A stretch of DNA of 64,000 nt from a virus (lineage: Duplodnaviria; Caudoviricetes), in IMG/VR virus record IMGVR_UViG_3300008266_000277, positions 826 through 64,825 of that record; one strand, 5' to 3'. The notes under the pieces were generated by a model. It worked only from the letters and a program-made list of their open reading frames with translations. It ran no database searches and had not been told where the DNA came from. This document shows positions 58,174 through 64,000 of this stretch, one piece after another. Position numbers and translations under genes: made by a program. Numbering within the stretch: the first letter of the stretch is position 1; the number at the start of each line of letters is the position of its first letter.

Positions 58174-58857
58174 TTATAAATAAACTTTAATTTCTATTGA
58201 AGTGTTATCTAATATTTGATCGGCAAAAGCAAATGTTGTATCAGTTGTAATAAGCACTATAGTGTCATTATCTTGACGGTATGTTTTAAATAAACCTTCC
58301 TTAACAAAGTTATTTGCAATTATATGCGTGTCAAGAATAAATTCACCAGTAAGAGTCATTGTATATCTTCCTACATTTACATAAGCAAAAGTTGGTGTAC
58401 CTGAAAGTGTATTCTCTAGTACATTAGCAGTTGGTGCAGTTGCTAATGTTTGTGTTAGATTAGCTCTATAAATTTTATAAGCAGGTGTAAGTGCAGCTAC
58501 TTCTTCACAAAAATAATCTACTACATCTTCAATAGCTTCTAATACCGTAGTGCCTGTTGCTACCACTGTATCCTGACCACAAACAATATTTGAAGGTATA
58601 AGAGGTAGTTGTGTAGCATCACAGAAATAAGTAATTATGTCTTCTAGTGCAACATCCAGTGATGAATTTTGAGTAACAACAGTATCATTATTACATTCAA
58701 TGTCATTGCCAGTATAAACAACACATTGTGAATTTATTACTTCACTACAAGGATAAGGTGTAGGACAATCTATAGGATTACATGGAGCAGGAGTAGTTAG
58801 TGGAGTGTCTTCACATCCACATGGTTTACTTTTGCATCCGTTATTTGTAGTTGCCAT
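58174..58857 (-). CDS. Cys-rich structural protein (tail fibre/spike associated)
   Basis: N-terminal C.E.I.SQCVVY.G..C domain similar to the next gene; internal repeat C..DTVV....L.A.ED...YFC twice; beta-rich C-terminus. Confidence 0.55.
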   Translation of the reverse strand: MATTNNGCKSKPCGCEDTPLTTPAPCNPIDCPTPYPCSEVINSQCVVYTGNDIECNNDTVVTQNSSLDVALEDIITYFCDATQLPLIPSNIVCGQDTVVATGTTVLEAIEDVVDYFCEEVAALTPAYKIYRANLTQTLATAPTANVLENTLSGTPTFAYVNVGRYTMTLTGEFILDTHIIANNFVKEGLFKTYRQDNDTIVLITTDTTFAFADQILDNTSIEIKVYL

Positions 58858-58871
58858 TATATAATGTTTTG

Positions 58872-60371
58872 TTATTTAACTCTTTCTATTGAAAATCTAA
58901 TTACATCACCCAATGTTGATGTATAGCTATACCCTGTTTGATTCAGTACTTTAACAGATAATTGTGTACCTGCTGTAATAACGTAGCCTGCTGCTTGCGC
59001 ACTAATATCAATATTTTTTTGAATACCCATAACTGTCATCCAGTTAGCACAATAAGTAACACAACCTATTGATGAAAAAATACCCACTCCAAACATTCCA
59101 CCTGGATTCAGAGAATCATACCACCCATCACCTATGTTGTTTGTATAATGAACATAACAACTTAAGTTATACCTTCCAGTAGCTGGACATGTCCAAATAC
59201 CTGTAACAGGATCATAGGCATTATCATCATCATAAATCTGAGAAATGATCTGATTAGATTGAGCACATAATTCATTTCCTAATCCAAAAGCAACACTGCT
59301 AAGATTTGTTGGAGTAGACTGTGCTGCCATTGCTCCAAAAGTACTTATAGTAACTGTTACGTCATCTCCTACTGCTGTTGCATCTACGAGATCTCCTACA
59401 AAGTTTATAGACTGAGGTACGGTAGTAAGTGTTGTACCTTCATTTTGTACATCTATTACAGTATCTATTGCGTAAGTAGTAACCTGGTCGTTTCCTACAA
59501 CAGCCACTGTAGTAGAAGAAATAATTGTATTTGTTCCTGCAGCAAGTTCTGTTAACTGCTTACCTGCATTTCTAGTATCACATATTGCCAACCATAGGTT
59601 AGTAATAGCATCTGCTAAAGAGGAAGGTGCGACAACATATGTAGGATATTCAGTACCCATTTGCGTTCCTGGCGCAGAATATTGAGATACTAATGCATCA
59701 TCAGTGCTATTGACACATTGACTTATATATGCCGCAATTATCTCAGTTGATGTACCAGTTGCGCTTAATAGATCACAAAACTCTGTACTTAAAGTATCCA
59801 AAACAGTACTTATTGGTGTAAGTACTAATGGAAGACCCAAACATGCTTGAGGTATAATTTCTGGTTCTGTAGGTGCTGGTAATGGGAAATACCCTTCTAG
59901 TATAGTTACTCTACCATCAAGAAGGAGAACAGCATTTTGTAAAGCAGATACTTGTAATACTAATGTACATATCTTAGCAGCAATAGCCGTTACATAATCT
60001 ACAAGTTGTACAACCTCTCCTAATTCAGAAAAACAATCTTGATTAACTGTTACTAAACAATCAGGACATCCTGTAGTTGGAGGAGCTGGAGGTTCTACAT
60101 TTTGAAGCGCACATATCTGATCAATTAGAAACTGAATCAATTGCTGAAAATTTTGAGGACCACATGCTGTAATATTAAAACATGATAAATCGTAATTCTC
60201 TACATTTAACATGTCTAATATTGCACATAGCTCAGTAGCCAACTTTGCAACCACATCAGATACAGTATCACCTTTGCATAACTTAATGCATGGTAAGTCT
60301 GGACCCTGCCATATCACACAGTTAGATGATATTGGATTACATGTTTCTTTATTTAAGTTCAAAGGCTTCAT
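58872..60371 (-). CDS. Tail fibre/spike-like protein with coiled coil and C-terminal C1q/TNF-like domain
   Basis: CNPISSNCVIWQGPDLPC N-terminus, coiled coil, C-terminal NAYDPVTGIWTCPATGRYNL typical of gC1q. Confidence 0.6.
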   Translation of the reverse strand: MKPLNLNKETCNPISSNCVIWQGPDLPCIKLCKGDTVSDVVAKLATELCAILDMLNVENYDLSCFNITACGPQNFQQLIQFLIDQICALQNVEPPAPPTTGCPDCLVTVNQDCFSELGEVVQLVDYVTAIAAKICTLVLQVSALQNAVLLLDGRVTILEGYFPLPAPTEPEIIPQACLGLPLVLTPISTVLDTLSTEFCDLLSATGTSTEIIAAYISQCVNSTDDALVSQYSAPGTQMGTEYPTYVVAPSSLADAITNLWLAICDTRNAGKQLTELAAGTNTIISSTTVAVVGNDQVTTYAIDTVIDVQNEGTTLTTVPQSINFVGDLVDATAVGDDVTVTISTFGAMAAQSTPTNLSSVAFGLGNELCAQSNQIISQIYDDDNAYDPVTGIWTCPATGRYNLSCYVHYTNNIGDGWYDSLNPGGMFGVGIFSSIGCVTYCANWMTVMGIQKNIDISAQAAGYVITAGTQLSVKVLNQTGYSYTSTLGDVIRFSIERVK

Positions 60372-60377
60372 ATACTA

Positions 60378-60408
60378 TAATATAATAAATTTTGTTTACT
60401 TATCCTAA
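60378..60408 (-). promoter_or_regulatory. Putative late promoter TTAG-N20-TATATTA
   Basis: Ends 6 nt before the ATG at 60371. Confidence 0.55.
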
Positions 60409-62213
60409 TTCTCATTGCTACAATTTGATTGCGATAGTCCATTAGTAGATGTTGTACACTCACATGAGCTAGTAAGTTTACAATTATAGTCAGGATCCTG
60501 TATTGCCTTAAGTTTGATAAGCTCATACTTAATTTCATACTTAATATCATCTTCACCACAGCAAGGAGTAATTCCATAGGCATCAACCATAATCTGACGA
60601 TACATAGCTTCAGAGAAGTTACATACATATCTTTCAAATTTTTCAGGAGAACATCCTGGAGTATCATATCCTGGTCTTATACTCTTATATGTATAGACAG
60701 GAGGTTCAGGTACAGGGGCAGGTTGAATACATAGCTCACAATCCTGATAGCTATCTGTTACATGTACATACTGAGGCGCAGGTATTGGATCTGTTTCACT
60801 TACAATCCAACATTTATCAGGACAGTTAAGAAGAGTAACAACTTGACCTACATATGCAGAAAGATCTACATTAGTTATAATATTAGGATCTGGGTTATCA
60901 ATATCACAATCCTCTAATAGATACTGAGGTTCTGTACATGTTTCACAATCTGGAAACTCTTGATTAAATGTTACAGGAATATCACTTGGTATAGTAGATA
61001 AGACTCGTACATACCAACAATCTTCTGGATACTCATCTAATGATATAATCGATCCTGTATAAGCTTCGAGATTAGTACTTGTATAAATAATTATATTAGG
61101 ATCATTACAATTAATTAGCTCATAATTATTTTGAAGCTTTTCTAAACATCCACTACAACTTTTATCTGTAATACTAAATGATATAGTTATCGTCTGTGGA
61201 CATGGTGCTGTTTCTTCTACTCGCCAACACTTATTTGCAAATGTTTGACCATTTACTGTAAGAACTAGATTTCCTGCAAATTCTGTAGATAGATTGTTTG
61301 ATACACAGTACTCTTCATTCTCATCTTGACAATTGACTATCTTATAATAAGTAGGACAATTAAATTCAGATCCTGTTTGATCCCAGTACACAGTTTCACA
61401 TGCTCCACTATCTATTCTAGTAATTCCTGGAGTTGTTTCTATCCAATATCTTAAACATATGGGTTCTGTAAGAGGATTATATGTTACACCTCCATCATAA
61501 GATATTTCAGGTCCAGAAACTGTTCCTACAATATTTACTAAAATTAAATCACATGTATAAGCATTATAAATACCACCATTTTGCGTAGAAGAGAAAGTTT
61601 GACATCTACACTCTTGACATAATAAGGAACATATAAAACTATCACAAGCATCTAATATAGGATCTTCATATCCAATATTGGCAATATTTATTGTTGGTAC
61701 TAATTCTGGATCTTCTACAGTTATTGCGCTTATTGTATAGCACCCAAGAGTATTTAAATCAGATAAATCTAAAGCAACAAAATAAGTAGAACCGCTTTCT
61801 AACTCACCACCTGTTAATCCTGTTACATTATATATAGTAGATTCACCTGTACAGCATGATACAAACTCATAGACATTTGCGCAATTACATTTTGAATCTT
61901 CAGCAGCAGCTGTACAATCTGCATGTGTTGTTGCAGTAAACTCTGATAGAAATGGGGATGGTAATAAATCTGGTGGTAGGCAAAAATCACCAGGTATAAA
62001 AATTGTTGTTATTTCAATGTAATAACATTGCCCAGGAATAAGGGAATAACCTTGATGGTCTGTGTATGGAACTAATCCATTATATTGCCATACATGTGGT
62101 ATACCTGGTGGATCAGGGAAAATAAGGCCGTCTCCATCAGGCATAATTCTTGATAGGTAAACAGGATGTCCTCCGCAACAAGGTGTATAAGAATATAATG
62201 TACAATTTGGCAT
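60405..62213 (-). CDS. Very Cys-rich repeat-containing structural protein (602 aa)
   Basis: Several ~65-aa modules Y.L..C......T..L..Y.G.......CW.V.......C..C; ends YGITPCC. Confidence 0.65.
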   Translation of the reverse strand: MPNCTLYSYTPCCGGHPVYLSRIMPDGDGLIFPDPPGIPHVWQYNGLVPYTDHQGYSLIPGQCYYIEITTIFIPGDFCLPPDLLPSPFLSEFTATTHADCTAAAEDSKCNCANVYEFVSCCTGESTIYNVTGLTGGELESGSTYFVALDLSDLNTLGCYTISAITVEDPELVPTINIANIGYEDPILDACDSFICSLLCQECRCQTFSSTQNGGIYNAYTCDLILVNIVGTVSGPEISYDGGVTYNPLTEPICLRYWIETTPGITRIDSGACETVYWDQTGSEFNCPTYYKIVNCQDENEEYCVSNNLSTEFAGNLVLTVNGQTFANKCWRVEETAPCPQTITISFSITDKSCSGCLEKLQNNYELINCNDPNIIIYTSTNLEAYTGSIISLDEYPEDCWYVRVLSTIPSDIPVTFNQEFPDCETCTEPQYLLEDCDIDNPDPNIITNVDLSAYVGQVVTLLNCPDKCWIVSETDPIPAPQYVHVTDSYQDCELCIQPAPVPEPPVYTYKSIRPGYDTPGCSPEKFERYVCNFSEAMYRQIMVDAYGITPCCGEDDIKYEIKYELIKLKAIQDPDYNCKLTSSCECTTSTNGLSQSNCSNEN

Positions 62214-62219
62214 TAGACC

Positions 62220-62456
62220 TTATGATTTAAATTTATTTTTCCAGCTATTTAATCTTTCTATTCCTGCTTGTATTTCCTCCGTAGACCATTTTTTAGGTAT
62301 TTCCTTTTGAACTATAGGTGTTATAGATGTTGTTGTAATATTTGTTTTTTTCTCATATGCACTTATACAATTAGTACATACAGATGTGCCATCTGATGCT
62401 TTCCTCTTTTGACATCCACAAGACAGCGATTTTTTACAATTAGAACATACAGCCAT
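62220..62456 (-). CDS. Small Cys-rich (Zn-finger-like) protein
   Basis: Likely start MAVCSNC at 62456; CxxC..SCGCQ..CxxC. Confidence 0.65.
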   Translation of the reverse strand: MAVCSNCKKSLSCGCQKRKASDGTSVCTNCISAYEKKTNITTTSITPIVQKEIPKKWSTEEIQAGIERLNSWKNKFKS

Positions 62457-62467
62457 TGGTTTATTTT

Positions 62468-63013
62468 TTAACAGTTTATACAATCCATTTTATTAAGAAG
62501 CTTTACTGCATATTTATATATACGCATTCCTTTATCTGGCTCATGACAGTACTCTACTTTAGCCACTGCAGATTCAAGATACATCTTAATTTTTCTAAGC
62601 TTATTAAGCTTTGCTTCTATATGAGCTGGTGGTTCGCAATCTGATACATCCAGCTGACATAGAATGTTATAATATTTGTTAAGAGCTTGTGTAATACGCA
62701 TATGATTATATTCAACGTATACAAACTCATTAGGAGATACGCTATACTTAATGATATAAATACCATCAGGTAGCGCTGCATATTCTGACGTATCACAACC
62801 TGTTGTCTGTAGTGACAAATCACAGGCTGTAAGCGATAAGCTAAAATTAGGAGTTACACTAATTTCAGATGCATAATTAAAACCTGGTACAGTCACATCC
62901 AACAGAGGACATACTACAGGCATACTGTCTGCATAAACACTTGTGTCAAATATCTTTAATACACATGTGTTAAGTACATCAGGAACTTCTAAACTTAATT
63001 TATGACTTGCCAT
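62468..63013 (-). CDS. Structural protein (crAss gene-74-like position)
   Basis: Likely start MASHKLSL at 63013, after the terminator; DTSVY, LPDGIY.IKYSV.P motif. Confidence 0.55.
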   Translation of the reverse strand: MASHKLSLEVPDVLNTCVLKIFDTSVYADSMPVVCPLLDVTVPGFNYASEISVTPNFSLSLTACDLSLQTTGCDTSEYAALPDGIYIIKYSVSPNEFVYVEYNHMRITQALNKYYNILCQLDVSDCEPPAHIEAKLNKLRKIKMYLESAVAKVEYCHEPDKGMRIYKYAVKLLNKMDCINC

Positions 63014-63026
63014 ATGCTTATGTAAT

Positions 63027-63064
63027 AAGAAAAGGGAGAGGAGCATGAAACTCTCTCTCCCCTT
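63027..63064 (-). terminator. Rho-independent terminator
   Basis: Minus strand AAGGGGAGAGAGAG-tttcatg-CTCCTCTCCCTTTT hairpin plus U tract. Confidence 0.7.
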
Positions 63065-63998
63065 ACTTAATTTGTAAATTATTAATCTTAATATCATTAG
63101 CGCAATCATTGTTACATCCTGCTAACCATGTTTGAATATCAGCTTCAAATTGACCAAGCTGTTCCAAAGAAATAATCTCCAACAAGTAACGATCATTGTC
63201 AAATACACCTGTAGGGTTGTTAAAACGTGGAACGCTATGCAACAAGTAGTACTTAGTATACAATGCATTACGATTGATTGCAGATACCAACTGATTACCT
63301 TGAGTAATCTCACGAATACGAAGGTCATTGCTTGCAAAGAAGTTCTGACGATAAGACTCAGACAAGATAACATCACGAAGAATTTGCTCACCAAGACCTT
63401 GAGCTTGAGTACCCTGACATTCAGTAACTACACAAATTCCTGTAAATTCACAAGGATCTCCATTGTAATCTACTTCAGATGCATAGATCTTAACTGGTTG
63501 CTTCTCATAGAAGTCAGTTACTTGGAATGTACAATCACCAAATTTAGTGTCTACATATGCTCCATTAAAGATCATACCTGCACATGCTCCTTCAATATAT
63601 CCTGGAGATGTGTGATTAACACCATCATTATAGTGATCCCAAGTATCACCACCTAATGCAGCAAGGCTAGCAGCATCAGTTCCTGGCTCATACCAAAGAA
63701 CACCTTCTTGATCTTGAATAACAATCTGCAAGAATGGTTCAATCAACTTATAACGAAGAAGAGCATTAGCCCAAAGAATCATTACCAAAGTAGAATCTAC
63801 TGGTGTTGGAGCAATGCTATCTGCAGGACAACATCCTGTGTAAGCCTCAGCATTGTAGTATGCGTTGTGGTTCAAGAAACGAAGTGCTGGAGAACCTTTG
63901 ATATCTACACGTAGGTAGTAAGTTTCACCACACAAGAACTCATGGCAGCAAGAATCGCCTCCTGATCCAGTTAGTGGATCTACATTAGCAATAGTAAC
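63063..63998 (-). CDS. Partial (5' truncated) capsid-associated structural protein (auxiliary capsid / gene-75-like)
   Basis: Frame is open to the window edge; CGETYYLRVDIKGSPALRFL, LHSVPRFNNP; followed by a strong terminator. Confidence 0.5.
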   Translation of the reverse strand, partial: VTIANVDPLTGSGGDSCCHEFLCGETYYLRVDIKGSPALRFLNHNAYYNAEAYTGCCPADSIAPTPVDSTLVMILWANALLRYKLIEPFLQIVIQDQEGVLWYEPGTDAASLAALGGDTWDHYNDGVNHTSPGYIEGACAGMIFNGAYVDTKFGDCTFQVTDFYEKQPVKIYASEVDYNGDPCEFTGICVVTECQGTQAQGLGEQILRDVILSESYRQNFFASNDLRIREITQGNQLVSAINRNALYTKYYLLHSVPRFNNPTGVFDNDRYLLEIISLEQLGQFEADIQTWLAGCNNDCANDIKINNLQIK

Positions 63999-64000
63999 AC

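Noticed and set aside
63063-63105. Possible further deletion near the 3' end of the last ORF (the NDIKINNLQIK tail looks intergenic-like)
   Set aside because: It cannot be distinguished from a natural divergent C-terminus without homologues.
516-63914. Numerous 60-175-aa antisense or alternate-frame ORFs in the track
   Set aside because: They are nested in long genes on the dominant strand and have shadow-like composition (F/L/S/I-rich) with no motifs.
63063-63998. Calling the last ORF the major capsid protein
   Set aside because: It is truncated and shows no HK97 signature I can recognise. Its position fits the structural gene downstream of the MCP, so the call was kept generic.
1-64000. 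CRISPR array, tRNA/rRNA genes, integrase, transposase, reverse transcriptase/DGR
   Set aside because: None recognised. Intergenic gaps are too short and no regular repeat-spacer pattern was seen. No tRNA scan could be run.

Overview
A 64-kb segment of a crAss-like (Crassvirales-related) phage, most likely infecting Bacteroidota, read in standard code 11. It has two convergent modules that meet at a terminator near 14.08-14.11 kb. The + strand (1-14,069) is the replication module: wHTH protein, DnaB, Sak4-like ATPase, SSB, primase, GIY-YIG nuclease, DUF2201-vWA / small Zn-finger / MoxR cluster, PD-(D/E)XK nuclease, PolB and a DUF932-like protein. The - strand (14,158-64,000) is the virion module: capsid-associated and Cys-rich tail/fibre proteins, an IHF-like protein, ring/tube and muzzle proteins, three GG-motif-rich putative cargo proteins, and three giant ejection/virion RNA polymerase proteins. 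The RNAP gene (19,824-32,977, ~4,380 aa when rejoined) is split into six ORFs by five frameshifts that look like short deletions, probably assembly artefacts. It also carries a P-loop kinase, a NADAR domain, a zincin and a possible macro-like domain. Three patterns stand out. (1) The three giant proteins total ~7,850 aa but contain only four Cys, all at the facing termini, suggesting a head-to-tail linked chain. (2) The cargo proteins are built from cassettes separated by about 20 xQxGG-type motifs, with a repeated LTDDEI module. (3) A TT(A/T)G-N20-TATATTA promoter precedes three late genes. All family calls come from visual motif recognition; no database searches were run.
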